From contig MU053758.1 of the NCBI GenBank assembly GCA_013239625.1, positions 1 through 64,000 on the forward strand: a stretch of DNA of 64,000 nt, in the 5' to 3' direction. This stretch comes from Lama guanicoe. Its lineage: Eukaryota. The notes below the pieces were generated by a model that worked only from the letters and a program-made list of their open reading frames with translations, did no database searches and was not told where the DNA came from. Of this stretch, positions 48,601 to 63,338 are shown piece by piece. Both the position numbers and the translations under genes were made by a program. Numbering within the stretch: the stretch's first letter is position 1; each line of letters starts with the position of its first letter.

Positions 48601-51255
48601 ACTAAAGCTCCATTGGCTTTCTGGCATTGGACAAGTCACCTTGACCTCTTTAGCCTCAGTTTCCTGATCAGCAGAGTGGGATTTGTTATGAGGATTAAAG
48701 ATAATATATGCAAACTGCTGGAACCATTCCTGTCGTATATACATGTTAAGAACTCAGTAAAAGGTAGCATGTGAGTGACGTGGGAGTGAAACTACAGATC
48801 ATTTTGGCTTACAGGATTTAGAGGTCTGGTGCTGCGAGCTGCATACTCTCGTTTGTGCAGATTTGGGACGAAAAAATTGCAAATATTTGACTTGGAGCAC
48901 ACCTAAGTCTTGCAGGTGCAGTGTGCTTATTGGAACTTTGATTTGTTGCTCTGTGGCTGGCTGAACTTGGTGGAGACAATAAAACTTAGCTCCAAATTCT
49001 ACAGTGTTACCCACAGGCTGTGCTTGTTTTAAGCCTATTCAGAGCTTATGCGGTGAAAGGGGTGTTTTAGGACATTAACGTAGCTCAATGAGTTCTGTGT
49101 CCAGGGTTGAATCACGTGCAAAGCCTTGTGTAAATTTTCATGGTTAATGCAAGCCATGAAGTGCTTGGTAGAATCAGTGAAGACATCAGATGCTGCTTCT
49201 AGTTAATCTGTTTGTTTATACAGCAGTTATCTTTGATTTTTGAAAACACTTATGAACATTGTTTTCTTAAAGGATTCCCGTTTCCCTTCTGATCGTAAAC
49301 TGTTATTAGGGCTATAAGTTTGAGTGCATTAGGCATTTTTGCTTTGGTGGGTGAAGGGAAGAAAAGCAAGTTCCCTTTACCTGTCAGATTTTATCAGCTC
49401 TTCACTTTGGGCCTATACCTTTAGATTGTGTATATAGTTCCTAGCCTTGTTTTTACTCAAAAAGGGAGTTTTATGGTGAAATATGACATTTTTTTCCTTT
49501 TTTAAACATATTTCAATAGAGTGGTTACTTTGAAAAGTAGATTCAAGGACATGTATATAGGTTTATTCAGTACATAGAGCTTTTAAAATAGAATTTCTTG
49601 GGCTCTATAGAATTAAATTACTCTTGTCATTTTTGCAAAATATCATTTTTCAGTGATAAGTCCATGAACCCACAATAGTTAGCTAGAGACTTTTCAGGTA
49701 AGGTAGACACATCAGTATTGCATTATTAGCATTTACCTCAAGGGAATCTGCTAAGCCTTCTTTTCTTTTATTATTGAGCCACCTAAGGGCTTCCTGTCAG
49801 TGGAATCAGTATTGGATTGCTGATAAAGAGGGACTGGCAAATAATGGTCTTAGACTTGCCTTAGATTTTGCAGAACACTTGAAAAAACAGCCTTGCCAGA
49901 ATGTGTAATAGCAACAGCACTAATGCTGTGTGTGCCCAGACTGACTAACAAACACAATTTAGGTGATTGAGTTACATTTTTTTTTCCCTCAACTATAATA
50001 CATTTTGGTAAGTAAGCTTTTTCTTGGGAGGGGGTGCTGTGTTTTAAAATTATTTTTTCCAGTTTACTGAGTCAAATGGTTTAGCAGATAGCTAGTTGCT
50101 TCTTTCGTTTCTTGGTAGACCAGTCAGTGTGTGGTGAGAAGGAATTGTTGGAAGAGAACAGAAATGGAAATGATGCAAAGAATGGCTCCTTAGCCGGATT
50201 TCTTGGTCTTACTATGCAGAGGGTTATAACTAGCTGGATTTCACAAAGGTATATAGTGTCAGGTGATTCCTTTAGTCTTTAATGCTGCTGAAGTATATAG
50301 TCTTTAACACATTTATACTTTTCAGCTTTGGAATTTTGATTCAGCTTGGAGAATTCAATGGAAAATAACTTCTTAATTACCTTATGTAACCTATAAAATG
50401 AGATTCATAACTAGGCCCTTATGAATTGTTTTCACCCTTTTGAATATATCACCTTAACATGTCTAGAGCAGTATCAGTAGCCTGTCAATGTTGAAATACA
50501 CGGCAAAGTGTTGTTTTGTTTTGTTTTTTGAGAGGGTGGCAAGGAGAGTGTTTATATTCTCAATTTTGTGGATTAACCTGTGTTTTATCCCAGTTCCTGT
50601 GACCCAGATGCCCAGGGGCTTTTCCCGTGTTAATATCCTAGAAGCTAGGGTTTGCAGTTCCCTTGCCTGAAAGATCCTCCTTGTAGGGAGTCTTCTTTCT
50701 AGCACACCAAGCATATAAAGCCATTTAAATTAACTCAGCAAAAATTTGGGAAAAACCTAAATGTTTATCAGTATAGAATTGAATAAATACGTTATGATAT
50801 ATTCATGCAATAGAATGTATTTTATATAGCTACAAAAAAGAATGAAGCAATATATACTGCTGTGGAAAATCTCTAAGCTATATTTAAGTGTAATGCAGTA
50901 TGTACTCATTTGTGTTTGGCTTATAAGATTCATCCGTATCATTGTGTATAACAGGAATTAGTTTATCTCATATAATACTCCATTGTATGCATATATGTAG
51001 TTTATTTCTCTATTCTACCATTGATGGACATTTGAATTGTTTCTGGTGTAGCTATTATGAATAATGCTCCTCTAGTCACTGTATTCTCTTCTGTACATAA
51101 AATTTTTGATCCTTCAAGCATATATCTACTAAGGATTTTTTTTTAATTTAAAAAGTATCCCCCAACTGATCCATAGGAAAATTATAATGACCTATTTCAA
51201 ATTAAATATTGAAATATTCAGTGTGGCAAAGCAATTTTAAACCATTTTTTTTTTT

Positions 51256-51547
51256 NNNNNNNNNNNNNNNNNNNNNNNNNNNNNNNNNNNNNNNNNNNNN
51301 NNNNNNNNNNNNNNNNNNNNNNNNNNNNNNNNNNNNNNNNNNNNNNNNNNNNNNNNNNNNNNNNNNNNNNNNNNNNNNNNNNNNNNNNNNNNNNNNNNNN
51401 NNNNNNNNNNNNNNNNNNNNNNNNNNNNNNNNNNNNNNNNNNNNNNNNNNNNNNNNNNNNNNNNNNNNNNNNNNNNNNNNNNNNNNNNNNNNNNNNNNNN
51501 NNNNNNNNNNNNNNNNNNNNNNNNNNNNNNNNNNNNNNNNNNNNNNN
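51256..51547. other. Assembly gap
   Basis: N run after a poly(T) stretch. Confidence 1.
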
Positions 51548-51825
51548 ACACAAAGTTTTTATTAGCGACTTGAAAAACTTACTTATACTTAAACTTAAAT
51601 ATAGTTAACTTTGTCTTGAATATTTTGAAGTTTGGTAGAGCTTCCAACCAGTTGGCTGGTGAAATGTGATTCTGTGTACCCATGTACTGTAGTAACTGCT
51701 GAGGTATCATTGTTTCTATTAAAAACTGCATTTGATCAGATTTTTTGCTTTAATTACAGTAATGCCATTTCCCCCCTCCTTTTGCCCAAATATGGAAATA
51801 ATGATTAACATATAAACCTGTAAAT

Positions 51826-52040
51826 TAGTGGTTCTCAACCAAGGGCGATTTTTGCCTTCAGAAGTCATTTGGCAATGTCTGGAGACATCTTTGTCACCAG
51901 TGGGGCTCAGGGTGTGCTACTGGCATGTCATGGGTAGAGGCCAAGGATGCCGCTAAACATCCTGCAATGCACGGTACAGCCCCCCACAACCAAGAATTAT
52001 TGGGTCAAAAATGTCGGCTGTGCTGATTCTGAGAAATCTT
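51826..52040. mobile_element. MER20 DNA transposon
   Basis: agtggttctcaacc...tttggcaatgtctggagacat...gggtagaggccaaggatgccgctaaacatcctgcaatgcac. Confidence 0.85.
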
Positions 52041-54049
52041 TTTGGAAAGCAGCTTCACTAAACTGATGCTACCTAGTACAGGTAGCAATTTTAGCATTGG
52101 CTTTATTAGATTTAGCATGCGAAACTCAGTAGTTTATCTAGTCTAGAGAAGAAATGAGCTAGGTAATTTTCTAAATAGTAATAGGATTTTAAATATGAAT
52201 ACTAGTTTTAGTATAAGGTTTTTTAATTGGCTATTTATAGTCTCCTAGTGGGTAAAGCCAGATTATTTTGGAATACAGCTTTTATATAAAAAAGTTATTC
52301 ACAAAGAATAAAAGTCCCTCTCCCTCTCTCTCTCTCTCTTTCCTCCCCCTCTCTCCCCCCCATATATATATATAAAATATAAGAAAAACTTTTAGGAGTA
52401 TAATTTTTTCAAAAGCAGATACATTTTTACTTTTATGATACTAATGTGTGTCTTGCTCTGCTCTAATAAAAGAAGACATTTGGTTGTTTGACATAAGGTA
52501 TATTTAAATCTTGTATAATATGGTAAGTTAAAAAAAACCTTAATATTTCTAAGTGAGAAAATGGTTAAATTGAATATGGAAAATACATGTATGGTAGAAA
52601 AATCACCTATTTTCAAATGGCTAGTTTCCTCTTGTCAGGTTATAGTAAAGAAGGTATACACTTCTGCATCCATTTTAACTTGTCAGGAATTATAACAGTA
52701 CCCAAAAGATAGTTTGTTCTGCCTTTCAGTCTCTTCAAGCTTTTCATCACCTCAGATGGAAAGTGAGATTTTTTTTCTTTAAAGTTGACTTATGTCTCTA
52801 AGGTCAGGTGATACAGTGGGTACTAAAAGACATGTCCACAGAAGCCAACTGGTGCAGAGTTGGACTGTTCTAAATCTAGAACTGTTGTTTATTTCCCTAT
52901 AGCACCGTTTTTGAAACTTTTGGACCATGATCCACAGTAAGAAGCAGTGTGTGCGTGCCCACATGTGTTCACTCACATACACACCCGCACCCACAACTGA
53001 AACAGGAGCTTCATGAAACAGTACTTACCCTTACTATCTGTGACACAGTCTGTTATTTTATTCTATTTCATTTGGCAAAAAAAGTTGAATTGGGCCAGGC
53101 AGTTTGAAAATCACTGCCCTAAGCTGAGCTTAACAAAACTGATTTTCTTGAGGTAGATGCTAAGCAAATGTTTACTGGATCAAATTGGGGTAGGAAGAAT
53201 GATAAATGCTGTGCTTAGGGGTATGAGTTTAAAATAGAAAGCTAAGAAATGTGGCATGAAGAAAATCATCGTATTTATGACCTCACTTATTCCATATAGA
53301 GCAGTAATTCTTAAAGACCTGAAACTCCGGAAGGGTTAAGTTTGGATCCTCATTTTGCTTAGCATTTGAGCTATGTTCTTCTAAGGAATAGTACACTTAC
53401 TATTGCTAAATAAACACACACAACACGTAAGCACTGTCTACCTGTTTATTCATTAAGTTGGATAGAATTGAGGGGACTAATGAATATATACAAAGAGATT
53501 TTTAATAAACTCTAGAGCATAACCTTTAACACAGAGCCTGGTTTAAACAACAATGTACTTGTGTAGAGTGGTACAGAATAAAAATACATCAAGGACTCAG
53601 TAGTGAATTTTTTACTTCTGTGTGAAAATCAGACTCTGGGCTTGGACTGTATTTCAGAGATGGCTCTCAGAAAAGCAGTTGTCAGAACCTAGTTCTCCAA
53701 AAGGGCAAAACTTAAAAGTTCCCTGGTTGGAGTTGTCTTCCATTTCTATACCCAAAGTTATGTATACTATGTGTATGTCTATATTTTATTTGTCTACCAT
53801 TTAATCCTCATAGAATCCTTTGAAGTAGGTATTATCCCCATTTTACCAACAGGGAAATTAAGACAAAGTGAGGTTATGTAACTTGCCAAGTTGAATGTAT
53901 TCTTTTCTTGGCATTGAGATTTTTGTAAGAAAAGACCCATCAAATCATTCTATTTTGCTAATTGAAAAATTAATTTTAGAATTGAATTTAAAAATTCATA
54001 AGTATTTCTGGCTTTTAGAAACCAGAGACTGAGTAAGTAATTTGTTTTA

Positions 54050-54700
54050 ATTTTTAAATTGATGTACAGTAAAATGGACATTTTGGCATATATACAGCAC
54101 TTTGAGTATCAGTACCTGTATAGATTCATGTAACCACTGCCACAATCAGAATACAGAATAATTTCATCACCCAAAAACTCCCTCCTGCAATCCCTTTGCA
54201 TTCACACTGTTCCCCACCCTCCACTCTGGTGACTGTTGATCTGTTGTCTCTGTAGTTTTATCTTTTGGTGAATGCTATATAAATGGGATCATTCAGTATG
54301 TAACCTTTTGAGACTGGCTTCTTTCACTCAGCATAATGCCTTTGAGATTCAGCCAAGTTTTCGTGTGTATCAGGTTTGTTCCTTTTTATCGCCAAGTAAT
54401 ATTCCACTTTGTGACTGTACCACAGATTGCTTATTCATTCACCAGTTGAAGGACATTTGGATTGTTTCCAGTTTTAGGTGAGTCTAAGTTTACACTTCTC
54501 CAGAGTAAACACCTAGGTATGGGATTGCTTGGTCACATGGTGTGTATGTTTAACTTTAAAGGAACCAGCCAGACTGTGCTCTGTGTACTCTTTTGCATCT
54601 CACCAGTAACACTGCAAGTCCCATTTGTTCTGCTTTTTTGCTAACACTTGATATTGTTAATATTTTTTATTTTAGCCGTCCTAATAGCTATGTAGTAATA
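54050..54700 (-). mobile_element. Old L1 (L1MB/MC-like) fragment
   Basis: gattcatgtaaccactgccacaatcag...gactggcttctttcactcagcataatg...gaaggacatttggattgtttccagtttt. Confidence 0.75.
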
Positions 54701-57700
54701 ATTCATTTTGAGTCTTATGACTAAAATCTAGGTGGTAGGCCCAGCTCTGCCATCAACTAGCTGTTGATTTTACAGGAACCTTGTAACTTTTTTGGGCTTC
54801 TTTCTTACTTCATCTCTCATATAATAGAAAATATTGAATGTGTCGTAAGTTCTCTTGCAGCTCCTCAGTTTGTTGGTATGGAGAGAAATCCTTGGCAAGA
54901 GGACAGATTTGTCTTGGTTGTGCCCCCCAAAAATCTATTGACTGATCTTATCTAAAGTACAAACAGTATAAGCAATATACATATTTATAAATAGAATCCA
55001 TATGAAATAACTTGATATTTATAACTATAGTTTAGCTCTAGCTAAGCATAATAATACTGTAACATGTGTCCATCTATAAGCTAAAATTATACACCTAATG
55101 TTACGGTTAGCATTGACAACCTAGAGTCTTTTGATGTTTTTATAACCGTTTGTTAGTTTTCTAGGGTTATAGTCTACAGTAAGTTTAATAACAGATATTT
55201 CATCATTTTCAATCGTGATTGGGGATCACTTTTTAAGGTTACATATTTGGGTGCTTGTCCTTAATATCTGACTTGAGTGTGAAATAAATTGCTTCTATAT
55301 AACATTATTATTTTAATAGCTTCATTATTTTTCTAAAAAATTATACATGCTTATCCAAAATTATTTAAGGATTACAGAAAAATATAAAGGAAAAATAAAA
55401 GATCTCCTCCCCAACCCTTAACCCTCTCCTGAGATATCTCTCAATAGGAGCTTATATATGCATAATTGTATGTACCTAGTTATACATAATGAGATTGCAT
55501 GCTTCCATTCCCACAATGTTCTTTAGTCTTTCTTTTTTTTTAATGTGGACATACTTCTGTGTCAGTTAATATAAATCTATGTCGTAATTCAGATGGCTAT
55601 GTGGTATGCCAGTGTCTGTGTGTACCATTATTTGTTTCAGGTTTTTGCTATATTAAACAGTGCTGTTATGAATGCCCTTGTATACACATCTTTTTATACC
55701 TGTGTCATTAACAACTAATGGGGAATTCTTGAAGGCTGGGTCCCAAAATACACATACTTCACACTTCGGAAAATAGCGCTGAATGGCTCTAAGGAAGGTT
55801 ACTCCATATTGACACAGCATTCTGAGCTGTAGTCAGCCATGCCAGTTGATGTCAGAAGTCAGTCAGGTTACCTTGGCATTTGCCAGCTTAAGATTGAAGC
55901 CATAAAACATATCTAAACATGTTTGTACATGGGTCCTGCTGAAAAGACCCAGCCCATTTGCTAATTGATAGTCTTTACTAAGTAAACTTGAGAGTGTTTA
56001 AAAATATCAAAGTTTTAAAAAGTCAATTAAAAAAATTCACTTTTGAGAAAAACTAATGAAGCAACTCACATTTTTGATTCAAAGAAATCTATTAATGTTG
56101 ATTACAGCTCAATTTATGTTACCTTTTAAGTGCTCTTTTTTAAAATTAAGACATTTAGAATTTTGGAATAATTTTAGATTTACAGAAAAGTTGCAGAGAG
56201 AGTACCCATATATATACCACTTCATCCAGTTCCCTTATTGTTGAATAAAGTCTTACATAAACTAAGAAATCAGCACTGGTACATTACTATCAGCTTAACA
56301 CCGGACTTAATTCAAATTTCACTAGTTTTTCAACTGACATTCTTTTACTATTTGGAAATATCCTAACTCAGGCTTTTAAACTATATTCTTAAGCTTGAAT
56401 ATCTTTTCATAGATTAATTTTAGTCATACATTGTACATATGTATGTACTATATATAATGTATCTGGATCTTTATATTTGTTTAGACAGATTTGTCTTTGA
56501 CGTTATTGTCTTCAGAAGTTATCTCTTGATGTTCACAGACATTCAGCCAAGTCCCTTTTAGGGTAGGGTTGAAGATCTTTTCCCCCACCCCCATGTGTCC
56601 ATGCAGAAACAAGATTTATAACATCATGAGTGTAGCTCTTGCACAGTGGTACCCTTCTCAGTAGTTACCAGTCCCTATCTCCAGGAGCACATGGGAAATA
56701 TCTGCCTTTTGTTTACTGGGAAATTAACTTCTGCCAAGTGGTTTCACTGTCTACAGTGTCTGGTTCTGAGAGAATATTAGTATTAGGCAGTTCTTGTAGG
56801 AGACAGAGCTGCTGATCTTAAGGCAGAGTTCTATTATATATAGGGTAGTACTTGGATATCTTTCACTCTGCACTTACTAATACAAAGAATCCCTCCCGAG
56901 GCAACCCATGGCATCCAAACTCACTATATTAGTTTGAATCATTTCTTGAAACAGTTTAGTTTATGGAAGAGAAGGAAGAAATTTGCAACATCATATACAT
57001 ATGGACTTTTAAAATCACTTTCCTCCCAGCTTAAATGGAACTTCTGAGTATTCCCCCCATTAGCTTACACTTCTTTTAAAAGAACAAAAAAGTCCTCCTA
57101 AGCATTCTAGGAAACAAAAATGGTGGTCAAGAAAAGCTTCATGAAGAAGGTACTTAAGCTAGGTCTTGAAATACGGCTAGGATCTTATAGTCATATTGGG
57201 GTGCGTGGTAGAGGGGACAATGAGTAGGTAAAAGGAAAGAATGACATAATCAAATGTTTAAGGGTGGAAAAAATCAAGATGCATTTGAGAAATAGCATGA
57301 GGATGTTAGGTGGGAGAGGAGGACTTTGGGAGCCAAGACTGAAAAAGTCAGTTGGGTTCAGATGGTGGAGGGCTTTTGAATACTTTGCTAAGAAGTTAAT
57401 ACTTTATTCCAGGGCTCAAGAAACCAATAAAGGTTTTGTAGCTAGGGAGTTACACGATCCAAATTCTTTAGAAAAAAATGTATTTTAGATGATCTCTGTG
57501 TAAAGTGATTTGAAAGATGGAGGCAGAATGACTGCTGTAATCTGTGTATGAGGTGATTAGGGCCTAAACTGGGAGGTTATGTAAGCAGTTAGAGCAGGAA
57601 GGACAGTTTTTAAAAATAGGACTTGTTGGTTCATTAGACATTGGGGTAAGGCAGAGGGAACAGCCAAAAATGAACATGTAGTTGGAAACATGAGGTCAGA

Positions 57701-58610
57701 GACTGTAGCTACTTCATTTGTATCTTCCATAAACTTGACCATAAAATAAGAACTTAAAAATCAGTAGCATCCTAGAGCTGAGGAAAAGTATGTAGCATTC
57801 TTGTTTTAGAAACAATGAAATGTGCAGTTTAGAACTAAGAATACATGATATTTGCTAACTCAGGATGAAGGGAGCAAACCAGGGAAGAAGAAGGTAATTT
57901 TTCTTTTAATGGTAAGAACCGTTACCATGGTCTGTGCTTACATCTGATTTTGATACAACGAAATGCTTCAGCCCATTGTGCTTAAGGTAACACAGCGCCA
58001 CAGCACTGACAGAGTAAGAAGAGAATCCTGGTTACCTCATAGTACAGCCAGCTTAGAAAACCATCTGAAACGGTCTTCCGCTTACCCTTAAGCCTCTCTC
58101 CTGTAAACATGCATGTACTTTGTTTGGATAATGGTTTCTTGGTTGGACCTGTATATATGAAGGTAGCAGAGTATACTGTGTAGTGAGTCAGCTGGAGAAC
58201 ACATATAAAGCAGCCTTAATTCCAGTTCTTACTAAAACAATGGCTGCGTACTTAAGAGCAATCAGATCTAAAACCCTACCTGATCTACATGGTAAGTTCC
58301 ACATGAAGACAAAAGTTTTTGGTTCAGTTTTTTGTCCTGTCATTGAAAAATTAGAAGCTTAATGAGTATCTGGGATACAGTAGTGGATACTATCTAGAAG
58401 GCTGGATTCTTATCTCGACTGATGATCTCACCAGGCAAGTTGTTTTACTGCTAACAAGTTTAACTTTTCTTTTATACTTTTGATCATTGTGTGTTGGCAT
58501 ATTTTGGGATTAAAGTTTTATTAAACCAGAAATATATCATATTGCTTACATTATAGTTTTTAGAGGTATGAAATTCAAGTTGTGAAAAGAGAAAATTAAA
58601 TGTAGTCATA

Positions 58611-58760
58611 GGGGAAGGGTATGTCTCAAGTGGTAAGCGCATGCTCAGCACCCAGCAGGTCAGAGGTTCAATCCCAGTACCTCCTCCAAGCAGAAATCAA
58701 TGAATAAACCTGATTACCTCCCCCTCATAAAATGGACAATACAAGCCCAAAGCGCATGCT
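58611..58760 (+). mobile_element. Camelid Vic-1-like SINE with TSD
   Basis: ggggaagggtatgtctcaagtggta...ggttcaatcccagtacctcc; TSD TTAAATGTA(G/A)TCATA at 58596-58610 and 58761-58775. Confidence 0.85.
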
Positions 58761-58999
58761 TTAAATGTAATCATAATACGTATGGAGGGATTTTCAAACT
58801 ATATTTTACTTCTTTTGTAATTCCTAGTCATATCAAAACGTTAATGTAGAATCAATTATAGTTAATAGAAAATATTTTTTTCTTCATTGTTGGCAAGTTA
58901 TAGTGACCTATATGTTTCTAAATTATGTTATTTTTAGTCTTTCAAAGGAAGTAATACTGCTTTTGAAAACAATCTTTGATATTATAGGATTCTCAAATA

Positions 59000-60080
59000 T
59001 AAAAAAGAAAAACAGTATAATATGCCCATCTCCCAGCTTTAACAATTATTAACACATGGCTAATCTTGTATCTGCCCTCACTATACCCCTCTCCCTTCAG
59101 TTACTTTGAAGCAATACTAGACATCATATCATATTATTTATGGGAATTCTTTTTCAAAAATGACAACTAAATACCATTTTTACACTAAAAAAACTTCTGA
59201 ACATCATTAAGTATTCAGTTAGTGTTTATACTTCCCAGTTGGCTCATAATTGTTTTTCAGTTTGTTTTTCCAACATTTAGACACAGGCTGGAATGTTGAA
59301 TTAAGGTCCAAAGAAGCGTGATTGGTAAATATGTCTGTTAAGTCTCTAAATCTATAGGTCCTCCTTGCTTTCTTTTTTTTTTTCTCTCTCTCTCTCCTCC
59401 CCCTGCCCCCCCCCGCCCGATTCTTGTCTTTCTTTTTCCTTGTCGTTTTTGTTGAAGAACCCATATCATTGGTTGTATAGTTTTCAGTAGTCAGGATGGT
59501 GCTGATTGTATGCACGTGGTATCATTTAACATGATCCTCGGTCTCTTTTATTTCCTGTAAATTGGCTTTTAGATCTGCAGGCTTGATCAGATTAAGATTC
59601 ACTTTTTCTCATATGTGTGGGGCCAGACTAATTGGTGGTGGTCTGTAATTCTACCAGGAGACATATAGCGCTGGTTGTTTCTTTTTTGGTACTGTTATCG
59701 ATCACTGATGGGAAGAACAGTTTTATTTTCCTTAAGGTACGTATCTGATAGGAATGGCAGGCTAAATGCTTGATTCTTGCCCTACACTTAGCAGTTTTAA
59801 AAGAATGAGTTGGTTCTCTTAGTATCCTCTAAAGGTGACCATTGTATTTAAGCTTATTTGGTGTGTTTCAACCCACTACTGTTATTAATCCTTGTTGATA
59901 CTCAGTTGTCCTATTTTTATCCATTAGGAGCTTATCAGCCTGGCTTCTGAGTCTTTTTGACACAACCTTGGTGGTCTTTGAGAGCTTCCTTGCTTTCCAT
60001 TATGATAAAATGTTCCAGACTTACGTGTTTCCTGTCCTGTTTCCTTTTAGTGGGAAATAATCTGGACCATAATATGTTCT
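59000..60080 (-). mobile_element. Old L1 (L1MC4/5-like) fragment
   Basis: cccagctttaacaattattaac...ttactttgaagcaa...aaaatgttccagactt...tccttttagtgggaaat. Confidence 0.55.
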
Positions 60081-60322
60081 CAGTACTGAGCTAGACACAG
60101 ACTTGGAATGTTGTCAAGTAGTATTTTAGAAAGAACTACCTGTTCTCAGGGGGCTTATAGTCTTTAAAGTTTTTATTTTTTATTCATTTGATTTATTTAC
60201 TTTGTATACATTTTGATATAATAAAATCAGATTTTGATTTTTCCTTATTTGATTAAAGCAGATCTTTGGTTTTATTGTATGACAGGTATATATCAGAATG
60301 AGATGAAGTTCTAAAATAAGTT

Positions 60323-60477
60323 TTTTTAAAATTTGTTTTTAGTTTTTTTCTTGGGGGGAGAGGGAGGTAATTAGGTTTATTTCTTTCTTTATTTTTAGAG
60401 AAAGTACTGGGGATTGAATCCAGGGCCTCGTGCATGCTAAGCATGCGCTCTACCACTTGAGCTATAGCCTCCCCCTC
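60323..60477 (-). mobile_element. Camelid Vic-1-like SINE with TSD
   Basis: gtactggggattgaatccagggcctcgtgcatgctaagcatgcgctctaccacttgagctata; TSD AAAATAAGTT at 60313-60322 and 60478-60487. Confidence 0.9.
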
Positions 60478-60625
60478 AAAATAAGTTACTTTTTATAATT
60501 TGAGAAAATATAATATATAATAAAAATGAATAAAATGAATTTAAAAAAGATAAAACCTGGAAATGATACATATTTTACAAACCTATTGGCATGTATGTAC
60601 AGTAGTATGTTTGGTTTTGCATAAA

Positions 60626-60752
60626 TGGGTAACCATATGATTTATTGTCCAGGATGGGAGATACGTGAGAGGGGCATTATTAATAATTACTCTGGGAGAA
60701 ATAGGTATAAACCAGGACCTTGCCCAGCAAAGTAGGATATATAGTCACCCTA
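60626..60752. mobile_element. MER81-like hAT-Blackjack MITE
   Basis: Inverted ends gggtaaccatat / atatagtcacccta, with a tattaataattac core. Confidence 0.7.
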
Positions 60753-63168
60753 TTTATTTGGCAATATTGTGAGTTTTCTGAGACCAGGGAGCGTATCTGT
60801 CATGCTCATAGTTATGTCTGTGGCACCTCACCCATGGTAGGTGCTCAATTTGTTGAATGTTACTAAAAATCTGCTGATATTTTGAGGCTTGGTGTAGATT
60901 TAAGTGTTTTTTATGCTTAGTTAAATTATGTTTGCACTTTTTTCCAACTGTCTTTCAGCAACACTTGCATCTAGAAGATCTTACGTATTGAATCTGAATA
61001 GATTTGATGAATTCATTTAGTTTTTAAGTTCAGGATTAGTTTCTTTGTTTATTACAGAGATAGTACATTTTTGTTGTAAAAATACTAGAAGCTCTAGAAT
61101 TACCTCTTTACCAGCAATCCTCATCTTCAGTCCCAAAAAGAAGTGTTTTATCTTCTGGCTAGATTTTATTTGAAGGGTTAAAAGAGTATAGCAGTTATAT
61201 ACTCAACTATTTCTTCCTCCCTCGGAATCCCCTCTCATTGTCCTTTTAGCCAGCAGGCCTTAGTTTCCTCTTCTTATAAAAGAGATTAACACTTATTTGA
61301 CAGGAACTTTGTAACTCTTAGGTAAATGTGGGGTTTTAGTGGGGAGAAGCTGGGAAGGAGGGAGCAATTACTTGAACAATGTTTCTGTGATCAAAACTAT
61401 CTTTGGTTGCTCTAGTCACATTTCTTAAGGATATTGCCAAAAGTAGGTGATAGAAATTTTGCATTGATGTGAGCCAGTGTGAAAACTGTGATTTCGGTAA
61501 GGGAAGTATATTTAAAGCTATTACAGTAAAACCCCACACTGCTAATTAAAATCTTTTCTTCAGTATAAACAGATGAAGGGGAATTAGTCTTCATCATATG
61601 TCCCCAGGCCTTTGACTGGGCAACCTGCTTGGTCATGTTGTCTCGATTGTCTTGCTCACTCACTGGATTTGGTTTATGACAAAAGTATTTAAAAACAAAA
61701 CAAGCAGGCAGGCAAATATTTATTCAAGTTTTTGACCGATTACATTTATTTATAGCATATATTGTGAAGAGCTGTGGTTTTCTTTAGATTAAGGAAAGCA
61801 TAGTGTAAAAATCATCCTCCCCGCATAAATGTTTCCTCCACCTACTCACTCATTTGTCTGCAAGCCTGGAGTCTGTTCACTTCCTCTTGGACTCATAGAC
61901 TCATTTTTTTAGACATTCCAGTGCAGTTAAAATATAAATGTCTAAAGTGTGTATTGTTACTAATTAATTTATTTTATACCCTTAAAGTAGCTTCTCTCGG
62001 GCTTATGGGGAGAGAGTGTCTTGGAACAAACAGGTTGTCCACTCAGAAATGTGGATGTTTGGGATTTTTGTCTCATTGAAATATGCAGTCATTCACAGTT
62101 CAATATAGAGAACCACATTTTGGGAACTGGTAGTTAAGAATTCAGCTTTCTCTGCTCAGGTTGTTACTGACCAATTATTGGGCCACAGAGCAGATAGCCA
62201 AGAATAATTTTGCTTGATGCTGAGGGATTTTTGCTCCTCACAAGCAGGTTGTTAAATTGCCACATGTACTGCAGTTGAGTCTTGAGTTAAAATTGTAGTG
62301 TTATGTCACCAATAACTAACAGAAGCTTGTCAATATCATACGTGGATACGTGTTTGCATGTGTTCTTAAGGACCGTGCTTTTCCGCCCTTAAACTGAAGA
62401 GTTGAGATGTATTGATTTTTTTTTCTCCTCTGTTTTACCTGTTATCTGGCATTTAATGAAAAAATCTTGCTGGAAAGTTGCAGATCCCTTGAGGGCAACA
62501 AACACTATACTCAAAATGAAACTAGGTTACTGTTTCTGCAACATGCAGTGGTTTGTATCAAAAGCTGTTTTGGTCTTAACTTTGAAATTATCCCCCTTTC
62601 TTTGAAGTGGTCATATTTTAATTTGGAGTGGTTTTAAATTTTAGAATTTCCTGAAGTGAACATTAAAATGTGTTAGCATGTTCTTATGTGGGTGTTGTAC
62701 ATAAGTCTATAGAAAGCTTATGTCCAGTTAGCATATTTCTTCAGCAAAACCAAAGGGGAAAAATACTTCAGAATATACTAAACACTTGAGACTATATTAA
62801 AGACTGAAAGTGTTTTAAAAGGGTATTCCAAATGATTTTAGGTAGCTATATTATAGATTTCCTTAGCTTTTAAAAAAACTGAAATTTTTTGGTTTAGTAC
62901 TTTGTGTTTTAGTATTGGAATCGTCTTCGTAGTATAACCAAGAGAAAATTAGGCACTTTTCATTGGCTTTTTACAATGACTACTTATTGTAATATATAAT
63001 CTTTTTTCTTTTGGTTGATATGTTCTGCAATGAGGTAGAGCTTAAGATTGTGTATTTATCATACTTTTTCTTCTATATGTAATTTTTTAAAGCTTAGTGG
63101 ACTAACCTTCTACTATAATGAATTCCAAAGTGTTTTCTTGTAATGGAGTTTGGTGTGTGTGTGTGTGT

Positions 63169-63235
63169 NNNNNNNNNNNNNNNNNNNNNNNNNNNNNNNN
63201 NNNNNNNNNNNNNNNNNNNNNNNNNNNNNNNNNNN
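63169..63235. other. Assembly gap
   Basis: N run. Confidence 1.
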
Positions 63236-63298
63236 TAAAGCTTAGGGACTAACCTTCTACTATAATGAATTCCAAAGTGTTTTCTTGTAATGGAGTTT

Positions 63299-63299
<1 letters not shown>

Positions 63300-63335
<36 letters not shown>
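63300..63335. repeat. (GT)n microsatellite next to an assembly gap
   Basis: Read directly; a partial copy lies at 63153-63168. Confidence 0.9.
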
Positions 63336-63338
<3 letters not shown>

